DNA from: Eledone cirrhosa
Lineage: Eukaryota
Length of the DNA stretch: 64,000 nt
Assembly (NCBI GenBank): GCA_964016885.1
Contig: OZ024743.1
Span: forward strand, 371,690,001 to 371,754,000
Reading direction: 5' to 3'
Position 1 is the first letter of the stretch. Each line of letters begins with the position of its first letter. Shown piece after piece: positions 23,562-35,947 of this stretch. A program made the translations under genes and the position numbers. The notes beneath the pieces are model-generated. The model was given only the letters and a program-made list of their open reading frames with translations, ran no database searches and had not been told where the DNA came from.

Positions 23562-24845
23562 CTTCTTTATCTTCTCCCACTTATTCCTGAGAGGGTCGTG
23601 GGGAAAGAGTCCTCAAACACTCCCTCCAGCCGATCCTGTCAGAAGCAACCGTCTCCAACTGATCTGACTGGATCCCCAAACATGACCAGCCAAGCTCATG
23701 GATGTTATCCAACCATCTTGCTCGGGGTCTACCATTGGATCTCCTACCAGTTGGTTCGCCCATAAAATCTGTCTAGCGATTCTTTCCTGAGACATTCTAA
23801 CCACATGCCCATAGTATCGGATCCATGATCTCTCAATTCGGAGAAGTAGCGGCTCTACATGGTGTGACTCTCTGATCTCCGAGCTCCGCACTTTGTCGAG
23901 TGATGTTGCTCCAAAGACCTTTCAGAGGAATCCCATTTCAGTTGCTTGTATTCGCAATCGTATTCTTTCGGTCATTACCCAAGATCCATGACCATAGGTA
24001 AGAGTTGGCACGAAAACTGAATTGAAGACAGCATATTTAGCTCTTACGCCTACCTCTCTTCTGATTACCGAATGCTGAAGCTGGCGCATTACTGCACCAG
24101 ATTTTGCAATCCTTGCACTCAATTCAGCTTTCCATCACTTGTGAACACAGCCCAAAGTACTTTAACTTCTCTACCTGCTTCAGTGGAACTCCATTCACAT
24201 GTAGGCTTCCTTGAGAGGACAAGTGTCTCAGTTTTCGTAACACTGATTTTCATTCCAGCCATGCAGCACTCAACATCAAACCTATCAAGTGCAAGCCAGA
24301 AATCATCATCTGTCAAGTTGAGTAACACCATGTCGTCTGCAAATTGTAGCTGACTGATTTTACGCCCACCAGTCATGATACCACTTCCAACCTGGCTGCG
24401 CATATCAATCCTGTTCATGTAAATATTGAACAGGAGAGATGACAGTATGCACCCTTGGCGGAGTCCGACTCCTACATTGACTGGTTTTGATTTAGCACCA
24501 TTTATCCAAACACAAATACTTGAGCATTTGTATAGACACCAGGGCAGCAAGAACCTGACCATCAATCCCATACTCCTGGATAGCCTTCCACAGCAGGTCC
24601 CAAGGAATGTGGTCATATGCCTTCTCAAGGTCGAGTAAACAATATACTTCTTGGCAATATTCCCACGATTTCTCGATACCTGCCACAGTGTCAATATTTG
24701 GTAGGCTGTGCTGCGTCCAGAGCGAAAACCACACTGTTCACCAACTAGCTTAGACTCAACAATCTCCCTGCATCTCTTTGCCAGACACTTAGCATAGACT
24801 TAACAAGGAGATCTCTCTGTAATTGGAACAACCACTCGTCTCCCT
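23562..24845 (-). mobile_element. RTE LINE of a distinct subfamily (no PHD insert seen), 5'-truncated and degenerate
   Basis: LDLEKAYD, GLRQGCILS, FADD, PTLTYG, RYYGHVVRM, GRPRARW. Confidence 0.88.
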
Positions 24846-25387
24846 TATCACATGTGAATTTTAAATTGAAAGATTTTCCATGCAGCCTCATTACTATTGA
24901 GATAACGTCCTGTTACAAACTTATTAACTTCATTATGATGGTTATCATTGTGTATTCTTAGAACAGCAGCATCACTACCTTTATTAAAGTACTTAATTAT
25001 CCATACTATAGCTTGAACAGAGGAGCAAAGTTCTACATGGATTTGGCCTTTAAATACTTTCGAAAGAAATGGATTAAAAGGTACAATCCACCTATTGTCA
25101 ATTATTTAGGCTTTTGAGTTTCTTGTTATTGTTGCTGTTCTTCCTCCATCTTCTGTTTTTCTCCATATATATAAGGGATAAACTGTGACATCTGTCCTGA
25201 TTTCAAATCCTACCGAGTTTAACTTTGCCTTTCATCCTTGCGGGGTCGATAAAACAAAGTACCAGTAATGCACTGGGATAATTGCTGGCCTTGTGCCAAA
25301 AAGTAGAAACAATTGATTAGATATTTTGGGTAATTCTTCCCACATTTATACATGGACATTGTGGATTTAATAAACAACATAGACCAT

Positions 25388-28140
25388 GGACCATTTGTGT
25401 AGTGACAATATCATATGGACCAGTTGTGTAGTGACAATATCACATGGACCATTTGTGTAGTGACAATATCATATGGACCATTTGTGTAGTGACAATATCA
25501 TATGGACCAGTTGTGTAGTGACAATATCATATGGACCATTTGTGTAGTGACAATATCATATGGACCAGTTGTGTAGTGACAATATCATATGGACCATTTG
25601 TGTAGTGACAATATCATATGGACCAGTTGTGTAGTGACAATATCATATGGACCAGTTGTGTAGTGACAATATCATATGGACCAGTTGTGTAGTGACAATA
25701 TCATATGGACCATTTGTGTAGTGACAATATCATATGGACCAGTTGTGTAGTGACAATATCATATGGACCATTTGTGTAGTGACAATATCACATGGACCAT
25801 TTGTGTAGTGACAATATCATATGGACCAGTTGTGTAGTGACAATATCATATGGACCATTTGTGTAGTGACAATATCATATGGACCAGTTGTGTAGTGACA
25901 ATATCATATGGACCATTTGTGTAGTGACAATATCACATGGACCATTTGTGTAGTGACAATATCATATGGACCAGTTGTGTAGTGACAATATCATATGGAC
26001 CATTTGTGTAGTGACAATATCATATGGACCAGTTGTGTAGTGACAATATCATATGGACCATTTGTGTAGTGACAATATCATATGGACCAGTTGTGTAGTG
26101 ACAATATCATATGGACCAGTTGTGTAGTGACAATATCATATGGACCAGTTGTGTAGTGACAATATCATATGGACCAGTTGTGTAGTGACAATATCATATG
26201 GACCATTTGTGTAGTGACAATATCATATGGACCATTTGTGTAGTGACAATATCATATGGACCAGTTGTGTAGTGACAATATCATATGGACCAGTTGTGTA
26301 GTGACAATATCATATGGACCAGTTGTGTAGTGACAATATCACATGGACCATTTGTGTAGTGACAATATCACATGGACCATTTGTGTAGTGACAATATCAT
26401 ATGGACCATTTGTGTAGTGACAATATCATATGGACCAGTTGTGTAGTGACAATATCATATGGACCATTTGTGTAGTGACAATATCATATGGACCAGTTGT
26501 GTAGTGACAATATCATATGGACCATTTGTGTAGTGACAATATCATATGGACCAGTTGTGTAGTGACAATATCATATGGACCAGTTGTGTAGTGACAATAT
26601 CATATGGACCAGTTGTGTAGTGACAATATCATATGGACCATTTGTGTAGTGACAATATCATATGGACCATTTGTGTAGTGACAATATCATATGGACCATT
26701 TGTGTAGTGACAATATCATATGGACCATTTGTGTAGTGACAATATCATATGGACCATTTGTGTAGTGACAATATCATATGGACCATTTGTGTAGTGACAA
26801 TATCATATGGACCATTTGTGTAGTGACAATATCATATGGACCAGTTGTGTAGTGACAATATCATATGGACCATTTGTGTAGTGACAATATCATATGGACC
26901 ATTTGTGTAGTGACAATATCATATGGACCATTTGTGTAGTGACAATATCATATGGACCATTTGTGTAGTGACAATATCATATGGACCATTTGTGTAGTGA
27001 CAATATCATATGGACCAGTTGTGTAGTGACAATATCATATGGACCATTTGTGTAGTGACAATATCATATGGACCATTTGTGTAGTGACAATATCATATGG
27101 ACCATTTGTGTAGTGACAATATCATATGGACCAGTTGTGTAGTGACAATATCATATGGACCAGTTGTGTAGTGACAATATCATATGGACCATTTGTGTAG
27201 TGACAATATCATATGGACCAGTTGTGTAGTGACAATATCATATGGACCATTTGTGTAGTGACAATATCACATGGACCATTTGTGTAGTGACAATATCATA
27301 TGGACCATTTGTGTAGTGACAATATCATATGGACCAGTTGTGTAGTGACAATATCACATGGACCATTTGTGTAGTGACAATATCATATGGACCATTTGTG
27401 TAGTGACAATATCATATGGACCAGTTGTGTAGTGACAATATCATATGGACCATTTGTGTAGTGACAATATCACATGGACCATTTGTCTAGTGACAATATC
27501 ATATGGACCATTTGTGTAGTGACAATATCATATGGACCAGTTGTGTAGTGACAATATCACATGGACCATTTGTGTAGTGACAATATCATATGGACCATTT
27601 GTGTAGTGACAATATCATATGGACCAGTTGTGTAGTGACAATATCATATGGACCAGTTGTGTAGTGACAATATCATATGGACCATTTGTGTAGTGACAAT
27701 ATCATATGGACCATTTGTGTAGTGACAATATCATATGGACCATTTGTGTAGTGACAATATCATATGGACCATTTGTGTAGTGACAATATCATATGGACCA
27801 TTTGTGTAGTGACAATATCATATGGACCATCTGTGTAGTGACAATATCATATGGACCAGTTGTGTAGTGACAATATCATATGGACCATTTGTGTAGTGAC
27901 AATATCATATGGACCATTTGTGTAGTGACAATATCATATGGACCATCTGTGTAGTGACAATATCATATGGACCAGTTGTGTAGTGACAATATCATATGGA
28001 CCATTTGTGTAGTGACAATATCATATGGACCAGTTGTGTAGTGACAATATCATATGGACCATTTGTGTAGTGACAATATCATATGGACCATTTGTGTAGT
28101 GACAATATCATATGGACCATTTGTGTAGTGACAATATCAT
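25388..28140. repeat. 29-bp minisatellite, ~95 copies
   Basis: Unit GGACCA(T/G)TTGTGTAGTGACAATATCA(T/C)AT. Confidence 0.99.
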
Positions 28141-28799
28141 AAAGATCAGGACCATTAACTGGATTGGGAATTAATTTAAATCAATGAGATTAATGTATCT
28201 AATTGATTTGAATAAATTGTTTGTTCTAACCAAAGTAAGATGTGACCATGTGGTAAGCCTCTTTTTTGCCATCCTACTGTATATACGTAGGCCTTTGTTT
28301 TGCCAAATATTCCACCTCCCTTATCAACCAATAGTTTCCTCATTTTGTTTAACTTCTGCTTGAAAACTCTTGCAATTGTGTCGTGCCTATCTTCAGGTTT
28401 TTTACCTTTGTATTGGTTCTCCATGATTTCATTCCATTTAGGATTGCAAGTGAATGTTATAAATAAATCAGGCCTACCGTATTCTCTCACATAACACATT
28501 GCATCTTGAGTGCTTTCCTTCCAATATCTTGGACTTACAATAAAAGTAGAAGGTAAAATTACAGCCCTACCTAATTCTTGTGCATTGACTACTCCATTAT
28601 TTAGAGAATCTTTTACAAGTGAATACTCTTCAACCCATAGCTTGGACAGGTGCTGTTTAATGTACAATAACCATTCAAACTCAATTTTGGCATACATATC
28701 AACTAAATACATTTGGAATAATTGTTTATATTATTTGATTCCAAGTATTTCTTACAATTTGATTCCAAGTATTTCTTACTTGTAAATGATACACATAAT

Positions 28800-28985
28800 A
28801 ATTGTTTCTACTTTTGGCACAAGGCCAGCAATTACCCCAGTGCATTACTGGTGCTTTATTTTATTGACCCCATAAGGATGAAAAGCAAAGTTAACCTTGG
28901 CGGGATTTGAACTCAGAACGTAAAGGGTCATAACTATGCTGCAAAGCATGGTGTCTGATGCTCTACGGATACTGCCAATCCACCA
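28800..28985 (-). mobile_element. tRNA-derived SINE family 2
   Basis: Homolog of 22852-23036; ATAATAAT on both flanks may be a TSD. Confidence 0.75.
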
Positions 28986-31375
28986 TAATAATACCTGCAT
29001 GTAATGTTCTTGTTTGATTTGTATAAAGGTAAATCCAACGAATAGCCATCATTTCTCTCCAATGAATCAAACAATATTGTAATGGATCATATTATCTATG
29101 TAATTCATTGATTTTCTTTTCAGTGTTATCTTTAGAAGTAAAAATTGTTTCTTTGTGGAAATTCAGTTCCAAACATTACTAATCCCACATCATATATACT
29201 CACCAGCTGGTACTCAATCTGCACAAATTGACAATTGAAGATTAGGACTGTTAACAAAAGATGCCATAGTTTTAATTTGTCTGATAAGCTCACTATTTTC
29301 CAAAAGCATCTCTTGAATGTCTCATAGTGTGCAAGTGTGTTTCAGGAAACCTACTATTTCTAATATTAATTTGTTCATTTAAATTATAATTTAAATGAAC
29401 AAAGGTTTATTTTATTGATAATTATCAATAAAATAAACCTGAGCATATTTAGGAACATTATCAACTGCATTATACAATGGACTTATTCTGTGATAAATTT
29501 GACACTGTATTTTGAAAACTGGCATGAATCCCGGTAGAGATATTGATTCACCAACTCCAAAGGATGTCATTAAAAACAATTCATTATCATCATCATCATT
29601 GTTTAACGTCCATGTTCCACGCTTGCATGGGTTTGAACGGGAGTTTTCCCACTTGAGGCAAGAGTGGTTGTCTTGCTCGCATATTTTTAAAGAAGTTTTT
29701 GGAATCCAAAGTCTTCCCCAGTATTAGTGTATTTAAAATTTTAGGTGATCTTTCAATCAAATTCAATTTAATTTTACCATTTGAACAACATAATCCCTTA
29801 GGTTCGTCCTTAATTAGTTTTGCACAACAATGCTTACAAACTACTGACATTGTTCCTAAATTTGATAGATTATCATAATTTCCACTTGGATCATATTCAC
29901 ATGCTGCATTTGTAAATGATTTAACAGAACTACGTAGTTCAGCATACTTTGATCTTTTTATTTGAGTTACAATTTCTTGTTCCTCCCTAGTCTGAGAATT
30001 CCTTGCGTCAATGTAAAAGAATCTTTTTTCCTCTTTTATTTCATCTCTGTCAAATTTCCTCTTAACACTTGCTGTGCCAATCTATTTTCCTCTCTTCTTT
30101 CTTGTTAAATTTCCTCTCAACCCTTGGAGAGCTAATCTGTTTTCTTCTCTAATTTCATTTCTCCTTCTTCTCTAATTTCCTTTCACGTCTTTGTCACTCT
30201 CGATTTCTTGCTCTCTGAATTTCTTTCTCTTTTTCATTCATTTCCTTTCTCAACTATTTGAAATTTTCCTTACATCATTAATATAGTTAGTAGTTGCAGT
30301 GAAAGGGTTATCATTATTATGCGCTGTATTAATATTAATAACATAATTTTCTGAAGTGACACTGTTGTTAAATGAATTTGTGTCGTCTGCTTCCATGACG
30401 AAAAGATATGGAAGGCGAAGAAGAGTGAGATGAAACAAGAAAGGTTTGGAGAAGGAAGAATATAGTTCAAACAACGGAACACCCTGATCATGAAATTAAT
30501 GTGCAAAAAATGATTTAAGATTTCCACAGATACATTCACTCTTAGCAAACTTTCGTCGAGAATCAAACTCACGACCTAATATATACCTGAAGGATGTGGC
30601 TGACAATATATAATTTGTGACTTTACATGTCTTTTCTTATTTTAAAAAAAATTTCCCTTTTTGTTTCTTTCTGTATTTGTTTTTTTCGTATATCATTCCA
30701 ACAGATGACAATTACTTGTATGTGTATGTGTAAGTGTGCGTATGCGTGTCAGTGTCATAATATAGTCAATCATGTAATTCTCTCCCCTTTGACTTGAATT
30801 CTCTGTTGTTTAAGCAAACGTACAGCGTCTCTCTCACACACATCTTACTTTGCCCTTCTATTACTTTCTCTTTCTCCCCATCTCCGTCACTGTGTATGTG
30901 TGATACACACACACAAAGAGCATAGCAAAATTATTCAGCATCCCACTTCCTTCCTTTTATACACACATACTTACACAGAGCATAGTTCCCCCCCCCCTCT
31001 TTTACACACTCACACACCCTCTCTTTTAGTCTTTATCTTTCACTCTCTCCCTTTCTAACTCACTCACACATACGTTCTTTCCTACTATTTACATTTCTCT
31101 CTATATCAAAATTCTTCAATGAGCTGACAAAGTTGTAATGAAAAAGGAGGGGATGGAGAAGTAAACAGCCACTTTCTTACTTTACCTTTCTTTCTCCCCC
31201 TCTCACTCACTCATTGGCATTGTACAACAGACATTAATACACAGATATCCACAAATATGATATAGATTTCTACCATCCATAAAATGTGTGTGGTGTTTGT
31301 GCCTATACGTGTTTGTCGATGTATATAGACAAACTCATCGCCGGGAGAATGAGCATATATATATATATATATATA

Positions 31376-31670
31376 TTCTTCTCTCCATTCGAATCCATTC
31401 ATTCAATCACTATTCTATGTCCTAATTTCACACTATACCATATTTTCACCATTCTATATCATATTTTTTCTCGATTCTTCTCTCCATTCGAATCCATTCA
31501 TTCAATCACTATTCTATGTCCTAATTTCACACTATATCATATTTTCACCATTCTATATCATATTTTTTCTCGATTCTTCTCTCCATTCGAATCCATTCAT
31601 TCAATCACTATTCTATGTCCTAATTTCACACTATATCATATTTTCACCATTCTATATCATATTTTTTCTC
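31376..31670. repeat. 99-bp tandem repeat x3, upstream of the RTE element
   Basis: Units start at 31376, 31475 and 31574. Confidence 0.95.
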
Positions 31671-31719
31671 TAAAAATCATATTTTCCCTATCACCGCATT
31701 TTTTCTATTGTATTTTCTT

Positions 31720-34700
31720 AAACAAAACAAATCTTGTATTTTCGTTTATTGTTAAATTATGCCCAAAATACGGCGATCTTATCTTAAACCTTACATTCTC
31801 GCTAACAACACATCATCCCTCCCACCCGCCCCCACGCACCACCATTATTACGTGGACCAATCATAAGTCAGAGGCCCATACTATCGCCTAACTGGTTGCT
31901 TTCGATATGATGGATGGACTACGGAATTCTGGAGAGTTGAAGAGAGAAAAATGTGGACGCTCAGCGACAATGCCAAAGATAAAGACAAATTCACCTCGTG
32001 GACGAGAATGCAAGCACTCCGCCTTGTTTCGGCCCAGGATGGCTAACATAACCCCATCCCCCCCCGCGCCCCACCGCTCCCACCCTCCAAACGCAATCCA
32101 AAACTTCAGAGTTGGTACCATGAATGTAGGCACCTTAAAGGGTCGCTCTAACGAGGTTGTAGAAATGCTTGAACGTAAGGAGGTCGATGTTTGTTGTATT
32201 CAAGAGACCAGGTGGAGGGGATGGTCGGCTAGATTCATCGTGGGTAAAGAACGATGCTATAAGCTTTTCTGGGTGGGAAATGACAATGGGTTGGGTGGGG
32301 TAGGAATCATGGTAGCAGAAAAGTGGGCAGATAAGATAATAGACGTAAATAGAGTGAACGACAGAATAATTAAAATAAGACTTGTCCTCAATAAAACTAC
32401 GGTGACAGTAATATCTGCGTACGCACCACAATCCGGACTGCCCGGTGCTATAAAAGACAGATTCTACGAGACACTGTTGCTCGCTACCTCCCAAATAACC
32501 GACAGTGACTATATAGTTATTGCAGGCGACCTAAATGGTCACGTTGGACAGCATTGTGACGGCTATGACGGAATCCATGGAGGCTATGGGTTCGGTACTA
32601 GAAATGAGGAAGGCTCCAGAATCCTGGAATTCTGCGACGCAAATAACTTAACTATCTGTAACACTAACTTCAAAAAACGAGACAATCACTTGATCACCTA
32701 TAGATCGGGGGAACACACAAGCCAGGTAGATTATATCCTTACCAGAAGACGTGACAGAGTGTCTGTTGTTAACACTAAATCCCTCCCCCATGAAGAATTC
32801 ACCTCCCAACATAGACTGATAATTAGCGACCTCATAGTCAGGACGAGACGTACTAGACAGCGGAAGAGGACTATCCCCAGGAGAAAAATATGGAAGCTAA
32901 AGGACCCCATAGCCAGAAATAAATTTCAAAGCATATTACTTGACGCTTTCGACAGTAAGGAAGAGCAATTAGAGTCGTATAATATAGCGGAACAGTGGGA
33001 ATTCCTGAGAGCAAACCTGCTGACGGCGGCAGACGAAGTCTGTGGCTGGAGCAGGCCTGTAGGTAGGAGGAGAGTAACATGGTGGTGGAACAGTAAGGTG
33101 GAGGAGTCAATTACGGCCAAAAAGCAGGCTTGGAAAGCATGGCGGGATGGGGGAAGTAGAGAAGACTATCAGGTGGCCAGGAGGGAAGCTAGGAGACAAG
33201 TGTACTTCGCAAGAAGGGAAGCAGAGGAAAGAAAGTTCAAGCATGTTCTACAACGTGAGGACCAAAAACGTGAGGTGTTCAGGATTGCCAGGCAATGTGT
33301 CAAGGAAAACCGTGATATTGTCGGGGAGAAGTGCGTGCTTAACGATGATGGCATACTTGCCATCACCGACGCTGATAAGAAGGTAGCTTGGAAGTGTCAC
33401 TACGAAAGGCTTCTAAATGAGGAGAACAAATGGGAGAAAGACAGTCTCCCCCACATCGATCCAATAGAGGGACCAGCAGTGTTAGTCCAGGGTAGTACAA
33501 TAAGCAAGGCAATCAAAGATATGAAGACGGGTAAGGCGGCTGGTCCTTCGGAAATAGTTGCTGAGATGCTGAAGGCATCTGGTTCGGTGGGACACACCAT
33601 GGTCACCCGGATAGTTAACCAAGTCGTACAGAATGGGGTTGTTCCGAAGGACTGGCGTAGCAGCATCATCGTTAACTGCTATAAGGGAAAAGGAGATGCC
33701 CTAGATAGGAGTAACTATAGAGGCATTAAATTAATCGACCAGGTCATGAAGGTCACGGAAAAAGTAATAGCGCAACTAATCAGAGAGAGAATTGATCTAG
33801 ATGAAATGCAGTTCGGATTTGTGTCAGGCAAAAGTACCACAGACGCTCTTTTCATTGTACGACAACTACAGGAGAAGTACCTAGCTAAAAGTAAACCCCT
33901 ATACTTAGCTTTCGTCGACTTGGAGAAAGCCTTCAACAGAGTCCCCCGTTCCATTATCTGGTGGTCTCTTAGAAAACTAGGTGTTGACGAATGGCTTGTG
34001 AGAGCTATACAAGCCATGTATAAAGAAACAGTCAGTAAGGTTAGAATTAACAACGAATATAGTGAAGAGTTTAGCGTAAAAGTTGGTGTCCATCAGGGCT
34101 CTGTTCTTAGCCCCCTACTATTTATTATTGCCCTTCAGGCTATAACAGAGGAGTTCAAGACCGGCTGCCCATGGGAACTCCTATACGCAGATGATCTAAC
34201 GCTCCTAGCTGAATCAATGACCGAACTAGAGAAGAAATTCCAAACATGGAAGCACGGCCTAGAATCAAAAGGACTTAAAATTAACCTGGCTAAGACTAAA
34301 GTTCTAGTTTCTAGGAAAGAAAATAAGGCGGCAGTCCCATCTGGGAAATGGCCATGCTCAGTGTGTAGGAAAGGCGTAGGTAGAAACTCCATTTTATGTC
34401 CCAAATGCAAAGTATGGGTGCATAAAAGATGTAGTGGGATCACAGGTAAGCTAACTAAGAACATAGATTTTACATGTGGCCGGTGCTCTGGTGCAATAAG
34501 TAGCAGCAAGTGCCCACAAAATACTAGCTCCTTCAACTGCGCAGAGGGTTCTATAGAAATAGTGGACAGCTTCCGTTACCTGGGTGACAAAATCAGCAGT
34601 GGGGGAGGGTGCTCTGAAAGTACAGTAGCTAGAGTCAGAACTGGATGGAAAAAGTTCAGAGAGCTTATACCACTATTAGCCGCTAGAGGGTTCTCCCTAA

Positions 34701-35633
34701 AAATGAAAGGCAGGTTATACGATGCCTGCATACGAACAGCAATGCTGCATGGCAGTGAGACCTGGGCATTGTGTGCAGAGGATATACGCAGACTAGAGAG
34801 GAACGAAGCTTGCATGCTCCGCTGGATGTGCAATAGTAACATACGTGAACGGCAAAGCATAAACGAACTAAGGAAAAAATTAGAAATAAGAGGGATCAGA
34901 TGTTGTTTACTCGAGAGAAGGCTACGTTGGTACGGTCACGTGATGCGCATGAAAGACGACAGCTGTATAACAAAGTGCAGGGCAATAAAGATAGACGGTA
35001 GCCACGGAGTAGGCAGACCCAGAAAAACATGGGACGAGCTGATAAATTCCGACCTCACACGCTTACACCTCTCCAAGACAATGTCACTGGACCGAGACCT
35101 TTGGCGGTACTCAGTAATAGAGAAATAAATACAAAGTAAAAACCTACTACAGTCAGTAGGCATCTCTATCAACCCCCCCGTCCCACCACCTCCACCCCAT
35201 CCACACCGCCCCTTTCAATGTACAGTTATGTTGGTCCCACAACATCCAGGCCGAAACAAATGAGATCGTGTAGGTGTCACGTCAAAAAACACACAGTCCA
35301 TGCTGTAAATGTGGCCGTGTAGGCAACACGGTAAAAACCTCCCAGCCCCACACTGTAAATGTGGTTGGTGTTAGGAAGGGCATCCAGCTGTAAAAAAACC
35401 CGCCAGACAGTCCACGCTGTAATGTGGCCGTGTAGGCAACACGGTAAAAACCTCCCAGCCCCACACTGTAAATGTGGTTAGTGTTAGGAAGGGCATCCAA
35501 CTGTAGAAAACCCGCCAGACAGTCCTATGCGAGCAAGACAACCACTCTTGCCTCAAGTGGGAAAACCCCCGTCCAAACCCATGCAAGCGTGGAACACGGA
35601 CGCTAAACCTGATGATGATGATGATGATGATGA
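31720..35633 (+). mobile_element. Near full-length RTE LINE subfamily B
   Basis: 5' leader shared with 52685-52900, 1073-aa ORF, 3'UTR with internal duplication, (GAT)n tail. Confidence 0.96.
31907..35128 (+). CDS. RTE ORF: APE endonuclease, RT and internal PHD-type finger (uninterrupted)
   Basis: GTMNVGTL, IQET, GDLN, VDY; DLEKAFN, GVHQGS, YADD, FRYLG. Confidence 0.95.
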   Translation: MMDGLRNSGELKREKCGRSATMPKIKTNSPRGRECKHSALFRPRMANITPSPPAPHRSHPPNAIQNFRVGTMNVGTLKGRSNEVVEMLERKEVDVCCIQETRWRGWSARFIVGKERCYKLFWVGNDNGLGGVGIMVAEKWADKIIDVNRVNDRIIKIRLVLNKTTVTVISAYAPQSGLPGAIKDRFYETLLLATSQITDSDYIVIAGDLNGHVGQHCDGYDGIHGGYGFGTRNEEGSRILEFCDANNLTICNTNFKKRDNHLITYRSGEHTSQVDYILTRRRDRVSVVNTKSLPHEEFTSQHRLIISDLIVRTRRTRQRKRTIPRRKIWKLKDPIARNKFQSILLDAFDSKEEQLESYNIAEQWEFLRANLLTAADEVCGWSRPVGRRRVTWWWNSKVEESITAKKQAWKAWRDGGSREDYQVARREARRQVYFARREAEERKFKHVLQREDQKREVFRIARQCVKENRDIVGEKCVLNDDGILAITDADKKVAWKCHYERLLNEENKWEKDSLPHIDPIEGPAVLVQGSTISKAIKDMKTGKAAGPSEIVAEMLKASGSVGHTMVTRIVNQVVQNGVVPKDWRSSIIVNCYKGKGDALDRSNYRGIKLIDQVMKVTEKVIAQLIRERIDLDEMQFGFVSGKSTTDALFIVRQLQEKYLAKSKPLYLAFVDLEKAFNRVPRSIIWWSLRKLGVDEWLVRAIQAMYKETVSKVRINNEYSEEFSVKVGVHQGSVLSPLLFIIALQAITEEFKTGCPWELLYADDLTLLAESMTELEKKFQTWKHGLESKGLKINLAKTKVLVSRKENKAAVPSGKWPCSVCRKGVGRNSILCPKCKVWVHKRCSGITGKLTKNIDFTCGRCSGAISSSKCPQNTSSFNCAEGSIEIVDSFRYLGDKISSGGGCSESTVARVRTGWKKFRELIPLLAARGFSLKMKGRLYDACIRTAMLHGSETWALCAEDIRRLERNEACMLRWMCNSNIRERQSINELRKKLEIRGIRCCLLERRLRWYGHVMRMKDDSCITKCRAIKIDGSHGVGRPRKTWDELINSDLTRLHLSKTMSLDRDLWRYSVIEK

Positions 35634-35751
35634 TATATATATATATATATATGCGAAAGTTATATTTAATTTGTTGGGATTCAACAAGCTTAAAAGACTA
35701 TCCAGAGAACCTTCAACCGTCAAGGTTGTTTTTCTACGGGTATGTCAACAA

Positions 35752-35849
35752 TTATAAAACAAATTTTGTATTTTATCTGATGAAAGCGCACCAAAATTTG
35801 CCTTGGTTGCTCTTGAAATATATATAATAAAATAATTATGGTTTTATAA
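35752..35849 (+). ncRNA. Type I hammerhead ribozyme motif, family A
   Basis: CTGATGA 35777-35783, GAAA 35815-35818, then TATATA-TA-ATAAAATA. Confidence 0.8.
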
Positions 35850-35872
35850 ATATAGTTTCCATTTATTAATAT

Positions 35873-35947
<75 letters not shown>

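Larger units (their letters stand above)
22118..31266 (-). mobile_element. Decayed autonomous Helitron (Rep/Helicase) with nested insertions
   Basis: In order on the minus strand: CKHC.AK..E..LCC.NGK (29596-29850); YGRPDLFITFTCNPKW and QKRGLPHGHILL HUH motif (28176-28712); ENGQRVYF; PIF1 DEVTM..LAGDFRQILPV (22118-22396). Candidate 5' end A|TCTATATCATATTTGTG at 31266. Confidence 0.85.

Noticed and set aside
25388-28140. CRISPR-like array of 29-bp repeats
   Set aside because: Head-to-tail units with no unique spacers, a eukaryotic context and no cas genes.
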